Below are positions 1 through 9,367 of a stretch of DNA of 64,000 nt, piece after piece. The DNA comes from an uncultured delta proteobacterium (GTDB taxonomy: Bacteria; Myxococcota_A; Polyangia; Polyangiales; Polyangiaceae). Under the pieces are notes generated by a model. The model searched no databases and was not told the DNA's origin. It saw only the letters and a program-made list of their open reading frames with translations. The position numbers were made by a program, and so were the translations under genes. Within the stretch, counting starts at the first letter, position 1; the number at the start of each line of letters is the position of its first letter. The stretch spans positions 2,048,001-2,112,000 of the forward strand of contig CAWDXG010000004.1 of assembly GCA_963806225.1 (NCBI GenBank), read 5' to 3'.

Positions 1-987
1 CGCGCAGACCTCGTCCGGACCGATCGACATCACCAGCGAGTTCTCGTCCGGCGCCCTGGAGGCCGTGTCGGCGACCGGCACGCGCTGGGTCCCCTCCGCC
101 GAGCGCGGCGGCTGGATCGGCGCGAACGGCCTGGCCTTCTCCGTGCTGTCGACCGACGGCACCACGGTCGAGGCCACGCTGGTCGCCGGCAGCGAGGGCG
201 TGACGCTGCTCGGCGCGGGTGGCATCATCAACCCGTTCCACGCCAGCGCTACGCCCGTGGCCACATCATCCTCCCCGCCGCCGCGCAGCGACTTCGGCGC
301 CGTCTTGAGCGGCCACGAGAACGCCCTGTTCGTCATCGGCGGCACGCTCGCGGATGGGACACCGGCGGGCGATCTGTGGATGTACGACTTCCAGACCATG
401 GCCTGGTACCAGCTCCCGTTCACTGGCCCGGTGCCGCGCAAGGTGCTCGCTGCCACCTACCTTCCGGACACGCGCAGTCTCTGGCTGGTGGACCAGACCG
501 GCCAGCACCCGAAGCGGGCTCGCCTGCTCCGCTACGACTTCGCGACGGGCGCCTTCGTCCGGCTCGGCAGCTGGCGGCGTACGCCGGTCTTCGACGCGTG
601 GAGCTCTCCGGATCCTCCGAGGGCAACCTGCTGCTCAGCGGCAGCTCCGAGCTCACCCACCATGTCGCGGGGGTCGTGCTCCAGCCCAGCGCCACGAAGG
701 TCAGGGTCATCGGCGCGTTCCTCAGGAAAGGCGTGCTCGCCGTCGAGCCCACGCTCGGTCAAACGGCGCTGACGCTGCCGCTCGTCTCGGACGGGCCCAC
801 GGGGAGCGACAACGTCGTGATCCCGAACAGCGAGGTCTTCTTCGGGTCCCATCCAGGAGAGGATCATCACAAGGGACACCACGGCAAGGGGCGCCATGGC
901 GGCCATCACGACAAGGGCCATCATCACGGAAAGGCACACCACGACGGCGAGGGCCCGCCGGACCTGTGCATCGGCGATCTGCTATGA
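1..987 (+). CDS. 3' part of large protein 'A' with a Kelch-like C-terminal region and His-rich tail; 5'-partial, one frameshift at ~595
   Basis: Frame is open from base 2. Kelch-like motif LFVIGG...GDLWMYD...WYQL. A 1-bp loss at ~595 relative to the paralogous copies (ttcgatcgcg at ~2757, ttcgaccgcg at ~13039) moves the reading into ORF 376..987. TGA overlaps the next ATG (ATGA). Confidence 0.7.
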   Translation, partial: RADLVRTDRHHQRVLVRRPGGRVGDRHALGPLRRARRLDRRERPGLLRAVDRRHHGRGHAGRRQRGRDAARRGWHHQPVPRQRYARGHIILPAAAQRLRRRLERPRERPVRHRRHARGWDTGGRSVDVRLPDHGLVPAPVHWPGAAQGARCHLPSGHAQSLAGGPDRPAPEAGSPAPLRLRDGRLRPARQLAAYAGLRRVELSGSSEGNLLLSGSSELTHHVAGVVLQPSATKVRVIGAFLRKGVLAVEPTLGQTALTLPLVSDGPTGSDNVVIPNSEVFFGSHPGEDHHKGHHGKGRHGGHHDKGHHHGKAHHDGEGPPDLCIGDLL

Positions 988-2378
988 CGACGGCGAGAGG
1001 CATCCCTGCGCTCGCTCTGCTGGCGGCAGTGGCGGCGCTCGGCTGGGTGTCGTGCTCCGGGAAGCAGAGCAGCGGCAACACTCGCGACGCCGCTGCGGGA
1101 ACGGGCGGAAGTGGGGCCGGCGCGGACGGAAGCGGAGGCACGGTGTCCACGGGAGGAAGCGGGGCAACCGCCGGAAGCGGCGCGACCGGCGGCGGTGGCG
1201 GCGCTGGGGGAGACTGGGGCGCCGCGCCCGATTGGGAGCCCACGAACCTTGTCGCCGCCGGCTGCCCCATCGAGCGCCTCGCCAACGCGCCCCAGGTGCG
1301 GTTCTGGAAATGGAAGCCGTGCTCCTGGTCGCCGGCCGACTGCGAGGAGGCGGTGTTCAATCCGGATCTGGTGGGGACGAGCCCGAACTACAGAGGCCTG
1401 GCGAGCGTGGTCCAGGACGACGGGACCAACGTCCGGGTCGGCCTGGCGTTCGACATGGTTGGATATGACGCGCTCTTCGGGAGCGCGGATGGCACGGGCG
1501 AGGTCGGCATCCGCACCGCGCTTCCGGCGACAAAGTGTGCGATCGGCGCGGTATCGATCTTCGGGAACCGCTTCGGCGTCCAGGTCTTTCGCGAGTTGAA
1601 GCAGTACAGTGCCGAGTTCGGAGGTGTGCTCGGTGATCTCGACGGACCGGCAAAGTCACAGGTGGCGTTTACCGCGAGCCAGGTCAATCCGGGCGCCATC
1701 GTCCAGGGCGGATGGCTGGGCAGCGCGCGCTGGATCTGGTGGTTGGCAACCTACGGCTACAGCACCGTCTCTGCGGTCGACGGCTCCGGCTACATCGAGT
1801 TCGTTACCATGAAGTCCCCAGGCAACTTCGTGTACCTCGGACCGCCGATCACGACGGGCAAGCTGTTCCTGTTCGACGCCTTCGTCGGCGACGACGCCGG
1901 CCTCGCGCACGGCAGGATCTTCTACTCGGACGGGATCGCGGCGCCGCAGGTCTACCTCGAACCCACCGAGCCCGACACGTACTACGGCCGGCCCATCTAC
2001 GCGAACACGTACGTCGGCTTCTTCAAGGGCATCGGCTTCCAGGACGTGAACTCATACAAGTCGGTCGAGCTCTGGGCCTCGCCCTACTCGGACGATCCCT
2101 CGCAGCTGAAGCCAGTGAAGCTCGGGACGATACCCGACAACAGCATGGCTGCGGAGCCCGCGGGCGGCTGGGGGCACGCAGCGTTCGAAACGTCGGCGGG
2201 CGTGAACAAGTGGGACGTGCTGATCTGGAACCTCGCCGACGGCACACACCGGAGGTTCAAGCTGGCCGATGGCTACAACCTGATCGCGTTCCTCGGCGTC
2301 TCCAGGAAGTACGCCTGGGTGGGTGCGGCCAAGCTCGGAGGACAGCAGCCGTATCTGCTACGGATCAACGTCCAGTGA
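984..2378 (+). CDS. Lipoprotein 'B' (464 aa) with Gly-rich linker and beta-rich body, function unknown
   Basis: MTTARGIPALALLAAVAALGWVSC signal peptide/lipobox; GGSG linker; ATGA-coupled to gene A. Confidence 0.8.
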   Translation: MTTARGIPALALLAAVAALGWVSCSGKQSSGNTRDAAAGTGGSGAGADGSGGTVSTGGSGATAGSGATGGGGGAGGDWGAAPDWEPTNLVAAGCPIERLANAPQVRFWKWKPCSWSPADCEEAVFNPDLVGTSPNYRGLASVVQDDGTNVRVGLAFDMVGYDALFGSADGTGEVGIRTALPATKCAIGAVSIFGNRFGVQVFRELKQYSAEFGGVLGDLDGPAKSQVAFTASQVNPGAIVQGGWLGSARWIWWLATYGYSTVSAVDGSGYIEFVTMKSPGNFVYLGPPITTGKLFLFDAFVGDDAGLAHGRIFYSDGIAAPQVYLEPTEPDTYYGRPIYANTYVGFFKGIGFQDVNSYKSVELWASPYSDDPSQLKPVKLGTIPDNSMAAEPAGGWGHAAFETSAGVNKWDVLIWNLADGTHRRFKLADGYNLIAFLGVSRKYAWVGAAKLGGQQPYLLRINVQ

Positions 2379-2526
2379 CGCAGCGGTCAGCGGCGCACTG
2401 CAGACGTACGCCTTGCCCGAGGGTGCGCTCGGCGCGTTCCTCGGAATCTCCCGCCAACACATCTGGGTGAGCGGGAGGATCCTGGGCGGCGATACGCCGT
2501 ACCTGATACGCTTCAGACTGCAATGA
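2379..2526 (+). pseudogene. Orphan divergent C-terminal fragment of a B paralogue
   Basis: GALQTYALPEGALGAFLGISRQHIWVSGRILGGDTPYLIRFRLQ* aligns by eye with the end of B, GTHRRFKLADGYNLIAFLGVSRKYAWVGAAKLGGQQPYLLRINVQ*. Confidence 0.7.
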
Positions 2527-3048
2527 CGCCTGCGGGCGATCTGTGGATGTACGACTTCCAGACCATGGCCTGGTACCAGCTCCCGTTCACTGGCCCGGTG
2601 CCGCGCAAGGTGCTCGCTGCCACGTACCTTCCGGACACGCGCAGTCTCTGGCTCGTGGACCAGACAGGCCAGCACCCGAAGCGGGCTCGCCTGCTCCGCT
2701 ACGACTTCGCGACGGGCGCCTTCGTCCGGCTCGGCAGGTGGCTGCGTACGCCGGTCTTCGATCGCGTGGAGCTCTCCGGATCCTACGAGGGCAACCTGCT
2801 GCTCAGCGGCAGCTCCGAGCTCACCCACCATGTCGCGGGGGTCGTGCTCCAGCCCAGCGCCACGAAGGTCAAGGTCATCGGCGCGTTCCTCAGGAAAGGC
2901 GTGCTCGCCGTCGAGCCCACGCTCGGTCAAACGGCGCTGACGCTGCCGCTCGTCTCGGACGGGCCGACGGGCAGCGACAACGTGCTGATCCCGAACAGCC
3001 AGATCTTCTTCGAACCCGAGGGGAGATACGATCACGACCGGGGACACC
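2525..3048 (+). pseudogene. Orphan copy A2 of the C-terminal part of A, cut by the IS
   Basis: Near-identical DNA to ~361-841, then a different tail (FEPEGRYDHDRGH) that ends at the IS end at 3049. Confidence 0.8.
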
Positions 3049-4314
3049 TGTCGTGGCTACGTGAATTATCCGCAGGCATGGAAGCCCTGGCGTCACGCTG
3101 CGCGCCGATAGTCGTGATGAAGCCCGTTCAGAATGGCGCGCCCGGTGATCGCCCCGTTTCCTGCGCCGGCGGACGACGAACCGATCGGGACCAGCTGTCC
3201 GATGCCCTGATGCGGCCGCGCCCGATTGAAGTACACAAAGCAATACTCGCCCAGCACACGATGCAGGTGCTCCTCACCGAGCACCATGACGTGGTCCAGG
3301 CATTCCCGACGCACGCTCGCCAGAAACCGCTCACAGAACGAGTTCATGCGCGAAGCTTTCACCGCGGTGCGGACGACCCGGACGCCCGCTGCCTTCGCTG
3401 CCCGTTCGAAGTCGGGCCCGAACTTGTCGTCGTTGTCGCGGATGATGAACCGCGGCCCGGCGGCGAACGGCGTGGCGTTCCGGAGTTGCTGGGCGACCCA
3501 TGTCGCGCTGGGACTGCGCGTCACGCCTACGTGCACGACCCTCCGCGAGCCGACATCGACGATGAAGAACGCGAAGATGGGCCTGAACCAGATGTCGTAG
3601 AGCTGCAGGAAGTCGCAGGCCCAGATCTGGTGCAGGTGGTTTTCGAGGAACGTCGACCAGCTCTGTCCCCACGGGCGTGGCCCTCGTGCCTGGCGCATGT
3701 ACTTCTGGACGGTGCGCTTCGCCACGTGGATGCCGAGCTTCAGTAGCTCGCCGCGGATGCGTTCGGCGCCCCAGAGCGGGTTCTCCTTGGCGAGCCTCCG
3801 GATGAGCTCGACCGTCTCCAGCGGCGTGCGTCGGGTCCGGATCCCGCGCGCGCGCACCGTGGACTTTGCCCGCCAGAACAGCCTGAAGCCCAACCGGTGC
3901 CAGCGCAGGATGGTCTCGGGCTTGACGAGCAGCACGGCGTCGCGCCACCGCGGCACGAAATGGGCGAGCGCCACGAGAAGTCCGCGCTCATGGGTGGCGA
4001 ACCTCGGCTTCTTGACCTGCCGCGCCGCGCCGCGACGAGCTGCTGGCGGAGGAGCATGTTCTCGGCAATGAGCTCTCTGCGGGAACGAGCCACGTCGCCG
4101 AGCAGCCCGCCGATGACAGGGCCTGGGCTCGGCCGTGTGCCGGTCCGCACAGCCGCCGCCACGCGTTCGACTACATCGCGCGTGGCGTCGCGAAAGCGGT
4201 GAAGCAGGGTGTCGAGCACGAGCGCGATGTGCCCGATCGCGCCGCGCCGTTCAAGTCTTGTGCGCGGCGGATTCCGGAGCGATTCTGCGACGGACGCGAC
4301 GAGTAGCCAGGACA
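3049..4314 (-). mobile_element. IS481-like insertion sequence, copy 1 (1266 bp)
   Basis: Terminal IRs tgtcgtggctac / gtagccaggaca (11/12 match, TGT...ACA); encodes a DDE integrase-core protein; near-identical to 9368-10633. Confidence 0.85.
3093..4219 (-). CDS. Integrase-core (rve) transposase, frameshifted at ~4025; start uncertain
   Basis: Motifs WACDF, IIRDNDDKF, NSFCERF, YFNRARPHQG. The N-terminal segment ELIAENMLLRQQL lies in another frame. Confidence 0.8.
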
Positions 4315-4439
4315 GCCGTCGCCGTGTGCGAAGGCGATCTGGATGCAGGGGCTGCCGCGACGGTCGACGGTACCGGTGCTCCACCCCGCATACGGCGCTT
4401 GCCGATTTGATACGCGAGAGTTGGCGACGGCTGTTCTGG

Positions 4440-4641
4440 CGATGACCGGGCCTGGGCTCGGCCGTGTACGGGTCCGTACAGCCACCGCCACGCGTTCGGC
4501 CACTCCGCGCCACGTCGCGAAAGCGATGAACGAAGGCGTCGAGCACCAGCGCGATGTGCACGATCGCGCCGCGCCGTTCAAGTCTTGTGCGCGGCGGATT
4601 CCGGAGCGATTCTGCGGCGGACGCGAGGAGTAGCCAGGACA
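4440..4641 (-). mobile_element. Diverged remnant of the IS left end
   Basis: Resembles 4112-4314 with multiple substitutions and ends in the same gtagccaggaca. Confidence 0.8.
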
Positions 4642-4662
4642 GCGAGCTTCTGAGCCTCGAGA

Positions 4663-5238
4663 CTACGGGCAGCAAACGTAGTTCTGCGACCCGGCACTCT
4701 GGCACGCTCCGGGCTGTGTTGCGCCGGGCTGGCACGAGTAGGCGCTCGGCGTGTTGCCGCTGCACACGTAGTCGAACGTGGCGGTGCGCGTGCAAAGCGG
4801 GTCGGGACAGCACCACTCGATGTCGTAGTTGGGCTCCGTCGACGCCGGATGCTTGCAGCCGCTCTCGGGCGGCGTCTTGTCGGTGACGCACAGCCAAAGG
4901 TACGGCGGCAAGGAATCGCACATCGAGGCGACGGGCGTGATGGCCGTGCAGCTGCCCGGACCGACGCCGGAGCCGCCCGCGGCACCGGCCGCACCCGCGG
5001 ATCCGGAGGCTCCGCCGTTGCCGGCCGATCCAGACGTGCCAGCCGAACCCGCCGTGCCGCCGGCGCCGGACGCGCCCGCGGCGCCGGACGCGCCCGCGGC
5101 GCCGGACGCGCCCGCGGCGCTCCCCCCGTTGCCGCCGCTGCCGCCGGTCGCACCGCTACTGCCGGTGCCGCCGCACGCGAGCAATGGCAGGGTGGACACG
5201 AGAAGCAGCGCTGCAAGTGCGGGCCGACCATGGATCAT
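4663..5238 (-). CDS. Small Cys-rich lipoprotein with Gly/Ala linker
   Basis: MIHGRPALAALLLVSTLPLLAC lipobox; GAAGAS repeats; Cys-rich C-terminus ending YVCCP. Confidence 0.75.
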   Translation of the reverse strand: MIHGRPALAALLLVSTLPLLACGGTGSSGATGGSGGNGGSAAGASGAAGASGAAGASGAGGTAGSAGTSGSAGNGGASGSAGAAGAAGGSGVGPGSCTAITPVASMCDSLPPYLWLCVTDKTPPESGCKHPASTEPNYDIEWCCPDPLCTRTATFDYVCSGNTPSAYSCQPGATQPGACQSAGSQNYVCCP

Positions 5239-5512
5239 ATCGGCAGTATCGCCCGGAAACGACCTCGCAACTATCGCATCATCATGCGATACCAACCTCG
5301 GGGGAGAGTTCCGGTACGGCCGCTCGGCCAACGCGTCAGTGCTGTTCGACGCCCGTGCGCGGTCCGGAATCGCGCGCAGCGCCACGATGTGGACGCAAGG
5401 CACCGCGCGCGGTCCCGCATGACTCTCGATCATCGCGGGCGCCCCACGCGGGTGTCAAGGGACCCCGTTTGGTGTGACCACGGGGCGACTCCGTGCCATG
5501 CTCCGCCGATTC

Positions 5513-6160
5513 ATGTCCACGGCTCGTCGCCACGTCCTCGTGGTGGAGGATGACTCCCGGTACCGCCGCGCCCTCCACGCGGTGCTCGTGGGCGCCGGCC
5601 TCGAGCCGACCTTCGCCGGGTCCGTGCGCGAGACGTTGTCGGCGCTCGCCGGACCGGCATTCGAGGTGTGCCTCGTTGACCTGGGCCTGCCCGACGGTGA
5701 TGGTGTCGAGCTGATCCGCCGTCTTTCCCGAGGCTCGGCCGCGCCGCCCATCATCGTCATCAGCGTTGCTACGGAGGAGCGGCGAATCCTCGACGCACTC
5801 CGTGCTGGCGCCACCGGCTACCTGTTCAAAGAGGACGCGGGTCGCGTTGCGCAGGCCATCGAGGAGGCCTTCGACGGCGGCGCTCCGATGTCGCCGCGCG
5901 TCGCGCGAATCGTGCTCCATGAGCTCCGTGCTGGCCAGGACACCGCCCCAACATCCACATCCGCGAGCCTCACCCGAAGGGAAAAAGAGGTCGTGCAACT
6001 GCTCGCCAAGGGCCTGAGCTACAGTCAGGTGGGCACGGCCCTGTCCGTCTCCGCCAACACCGTCCGCACTCACGTCCGCTCCATCTACGACAAGCTCGCG
6101 GTATCGACGAAGACCGAAGCCGTGCTCGAAGCCCTGCGCCTGGGCGTCATCGTGTCGTAG
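5513..6160 (+). CDS. NarL/LuxR-family response regulator
   Basis: REC domain (VVEDD, DLGLPDGDG, GATGYLFK) plus LTRREKEV...TVRTHVRSIYDKL HTH. Confidence 0.95.
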   Translation: MSTARRHVLVVEDDSRYRRALHAVLVGAGLEPTFAGSVRETLSALAGPAFEVCLVDLGLPDGDGVELIRRLSRGSAAPPIIVISVATEERRILDALRAGATGYLFKEDAGRVAQAIEEAFDGGAPMSPRVARIVLHELRAGQDTAPTSTSASLTRREKEVVQLLAKGLSYSQVGTALSVSANTVRTHVRSIYDKLAVSTKTEAVLEALRLGVIVS

Positions 6161-6183
6161 GAGCGCACGGAAGGCATTGCGGC

Positions 6184-7473
6184 CTAGCTTGCGACCTGAT
6201 CCCCGCTCGGGAGCGGCAAGTGCAGCACGAGCCGCGTCGGATGACCCGGCGCGGCGTGGACCTCGAAGCGCCCGCCGAGCTCCTCGGCGCGGCGGCGCAT
6301 GCCGCCGAGCCCACGGCCCGGCGCCGCGCGGGCGGGATTGAACCCCGCACCGTCGTCCTCGACATGGACGTGCAACTCGCCGCCGACGAGCTCGACGCGG
6401 GCATGGATGTGGCGGGCGCAGCCGTGATGCAAAGCGTTGTGCACCGCCTCGGAGACGAAACGAGCAGCCGCAATGCGCGTGCGCGCGGGCAGAGGCGCCA
6501 ACGCATCGCCGTGCACCTCCAGCTCGAAGTCGGCGGCGTGTGGCCGCGCGCGGCGCCTGGCGTGGAGCTCCAGCATGCGCGCGAACGACGTGAGGTCGTT
6601 TCCCGACGGGTCGAGCCCTTCGACTACGCCTCGCAGATCCGCGAGCCCTGCCTGCGCTGACTCCTCGATCGCGCGCGCCACCCGACGCAGCTCCTCCGGG
6701 TCGTGCAGATGCTCGCGGATGACCGAGCCGTACACCGCCGCCGTCGCCAGCGGCGAGGCGATCTGATCATGGAGATCCTGCGCCAGGTGACGCCGCTCGA
6801 GCTCTGTCTCGCGGGCGTGCAGGCGAGCGACCAGCTGCTCCTGCTCGTGGAGGCGGACCTGCATCGTCAGGTTCCGCTCGCCGATCAGGTGGTAGGCAAT
6901 CGTGCAGAACAGGGCGGCCAGGACGGGGCCGGCGATACTCCAGGAGCTGTGCGGCGCGACGAGCAGGAACCACGGCATCGTGAGCAGCGGCGTCGCCCCG
7001 TGCAGAAGCAACAGGGTCAGCGACGGCTCGGCGTCGTAGAGTGCGCCGTTCATGGCCGAGTACATCACCGGAACCATCCAGAGCGGCGATTCGGGATCAC
7101 GGGTGAGTGCGGGCAGAGCCAGACAGATCCCGAGACCAAAGAACAGATCGAGGCCGACATAGAGGCCGCGACTCACCCGGCTGCGATCGACACGAGGCAC
7201 CAGCACGAGATTCGAGAACACGTCCCGGGCGACGTAGCTGGAGAGCAGCGGCACCGCTTCGAACGGCGAGATGCCGGTCGCGCGGACGACCGGCGGGAGC
7301 GACATCACGCCAGCAATGGCCGCAACCTGCAGCATCATCAGCTTGGAGATGCGCGGGCTGGCCTCGCGCAGGAACGACTCCGTCGGCAGCGCCCAACGGT
7401 AGCGTGGAGCGCGCAAAGCAGTCCCGGTCGAAGGCGTCGCATGGACCATCGGATGAGCCGGCGAGTGTCGCAC
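6184..7473 (-). CDS. Membrane sensor histidine kinase (HisKA_3 type)
   Basis: TM segments; ERRHLAQDLHD; EAVHNALHHG; DDGAGF; GRGLGGM. Confidence 0.92.
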   Translation of the reverse strand: MRHSPAHPMVHATPSTGTALRAPRYRWALPTESFLREASPRISKLMMLQVAAIAGVMSLPPVVRATGISPFEAVPLLSSYVARDVFSNLVLVPRVDRSRVSRGLYVGLDLFFGLGICLALPALTRDPESPLWMVPVMYSAMNGALYDAEPSLTLLLLHGATPLLTMPWFLLVAPHSSWSIAGPVLAALFCTIAYHLIGERNLTMQVRLHEQEQLVARLHARETELERRHLAQDLHDQIASPLATAAVYGSVIREHLHDPEELRRVARAIEESAQAGLADLRGVVEGLDPSGNDLTSFARMLELHARRRARPHAADFELEVHGDALAPLPARTRIAAARFVSEAVHNALHHGCARHIHARVELVGGELHVHVEDDGAGFNPARAAPGRGLGGMRRRAEELGGRFEVHAAPGHPTRLVLHLPLPSGDQVAS

Positions 7474-7542
7474 GACTTTCTCGTCCTTGGAAGCACACGC
7501 GTTTCGCTGCCGAACGAGGTCGTGAACGCGCCGTGCGAGTGT

Positions 7543-8817
7543 CTAGAAGGTACCGACCACGCCCACCTCGTCGTGGCCGACGAACGGCACGACGCGGGAT
7601 TCGGACTTCCGCATGCGGATCGCGTCGCGCGCCGCCTTGCGCAAGAGGACCCGGTTGTAGCGTCCAGCGTATAGTCTTGCGTCGTACTCGCTGAGAGCGT
7701 GATCGGTGGGCGCGCCGTCGTAGTCGGAGAAGAACATCACGGGTGTCATCGCGAGGAAGAAGTAGCTCGAGACGACGCCTGTTCCGCACGCGGCGCTGCC
7801 CAGGAAGGACCCGCGATTGGAGAACGCCTGGTCGGTAAACGCATGGGCGAATCCGCCGCACGCCAGACCTGTCGGCACCGCAGCTAGACCGGTTATGGCC
7901 GGGAACAACCACAGGTACTCCCAGTTCCGGCGCCGCTCGACCCGATCGATTTCGGGCGAGCCCGTCGTCTTCCGGTAGCGGCGCACGAATTCGTTTTCCG
8001 TGATGTCGCCCTTCGAGTCATGGAACGCATAGGTCACGCGGGTGGTGTCGCCTTCGGCCGGTTTCCGCAAGACGATATCCACCTTGCTATCGCTATAGAG
8101 GTGGCCGACCTCGCTTCCAAGGCCTTCCTCGTTCACGCCGGCGATGGCCGCGCCCATCGGCGAGAGCCTGTCCGCGCCCGCCGGGTCATCGAGCTTGACG
8201 AGCGCCGCGACCCAGCCTCGCACGTGACGCTTCTGCAACAGCTTGATGCCAATCGCACCGTCGGCACCAGCAAACGCCACGTCGACGCCAGCGGACGCGG
8301 ACGTTCCGGCACCGCTGGCGTACTCGCCGTTGCCGTGGATCAGCGCCGACACGTAGCCGATGCCACAGCGCTTGCCTGCACAGCACTGCTTGTAGTCGAT
8401 GGTGTCGTTCCTGGACAGACGACGGTCGGTCGAAAGGCGGTAGACGAAATGAGTTGCCCTCGCGAGATCGCCGTGGAATCCGAAGGAACCGAGCATGGCT
8501 CTTGCGCTGCCGTTCACCGCGAGCTCCTGCGCGTCGTCGAAGCTGTTGACCATGCCGCTTGCGTGCGATGGCTCGAGCGACTGCAGGCAGGGGTTTGGTT
8601 CGGAGACGTCCTCCAGTGTCTGCCCGTCGTCGGGCAACTTGACCAGCACCCTTCCGAGCAGCGAGTCGTCCTCGCTCGGCGCCGGAATCAGCACGAACGA
8701 CTTGCCCAGCGGAGACGACGCTTCGGCCTTGGGCAAGTTCGATGGGGGAGGCAGGGACGCCCCGCAACCTGTGGCGAGCCACGCCAGCCCTGCCAGCCCG
8801 AACAGACGAAACCTCAT
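7543..8817 (-). CDS. Hypothetical lipoprotein with C-terminal hydrophobic segments
   Basis: MRFRLFGLAGLAWLATGC lipobox; 424-aa ORF. Confidence 0.7.
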   Translation of the reverse strand: MRFRLFGLAGLAWLATGCGASLPPPSNLPKAEASSPLGKSFVLIPAPSEDDSLLGRVLVKLPDDGQTLEDVSEPNPCLQSLEPSHASGMVNSFDDAQELAVNGSARAMLGSFGFHGDLARATHFVYRLSTDRRLSRNDTIDYKQCCAGKRCGIGYVSALIHGNGEYASGAGTSASAGVDVAFAGADGAIGIKLLQKRHVRGWVAALVKLDDPAGADRLSPMGAAIAGVNEEGLGSEVGHLYSDSKVDIVLRKPAEGDTTRVTYAFHDSKGDITENEFVRRYRKTTGSPEIDRVERRRNWEYLWLFPAITGLAAVPTGLACGGFAHAFTDQAFSNRGSFLGSAACGTGVVSSYFFLAMTPVMFFSDYDGAPTDHALSEYDARLYAGRYNRVLLRKAARDAIRMRKSESRVVPFVGHDEVGVVGTF

Positions 8818-9260
8818 GCTGGATGATCCGCACGGCGCGACTGTGCTCGCAACCGCATGACCGTGCGATTGTCTCTGCCCCGGACTCGTGCCTTTCGCCG
8901 CCGCCGGGAAGGAGGATGTGCTCGTCGACGACCTGGCCACGCGTCACCCGTCCGCGCGGCCAGGTCGTCGGCGCGTAGGCAACATGAACTCCCCTGCAAA
9001 GCTCGATAGATGACACGCGCAGGGCGGGATGCCACGAAAGCGCGCCCCCTGAAGAGCTCGATCGAGGCGTAGACTGACGAGGCCGGAGGAGTGTCCATGT
9101 CCAGCGACCTTTCATCGCGGTTTTCTGCCGAATCCGAGGGGCCCAGGACCCTTCCGGGATGGCCCCGGATGGCCAGGGTTCCGTGGGGAAGCGCGGCGGG
9201 TGGAGCCCGCCATCCGTGCGCACCACGCGGAGGCTCGATGAGACGATGACGCTGGTTGAC

Positions 9261-9367
9261 TCAGGCCGCTTGCCGAAGCTCGACGACAGGCAGCTCCGCC
9301 CGGTTCTCGTGTGGCGTGACCACGAGAGCGAGCGGAGCTGTCACCTGTCGCCGCAGGGGCTCGCCCG
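9261..9367 (-). pseudogene. C-terminal remnant, possibly of another integrase/transposase
   Basis: GEPLRRQVTAPLALVVTPHENRAELPVVELRQAA* abuts the IS end; the ...RxAA* ending resembles integrase tails. Confidence 0.3.

Noticed and set aside
2523..3746. 407-aa plus-strand ORF as a real fusion gene
   Set aside because: It is the A2 fragment reading through into the antisense strand of the IS.
5060..5120. 18-bp tandem repeats (similar repeats at 50280-50460)
   Set aside because: Ordinary Gly/Ser/Ala linkers of myxobacterial lipoproteins.
8820..9260. Possible small gene or ncRNA
   Set aside because: No recognisable motif or consistent frame.
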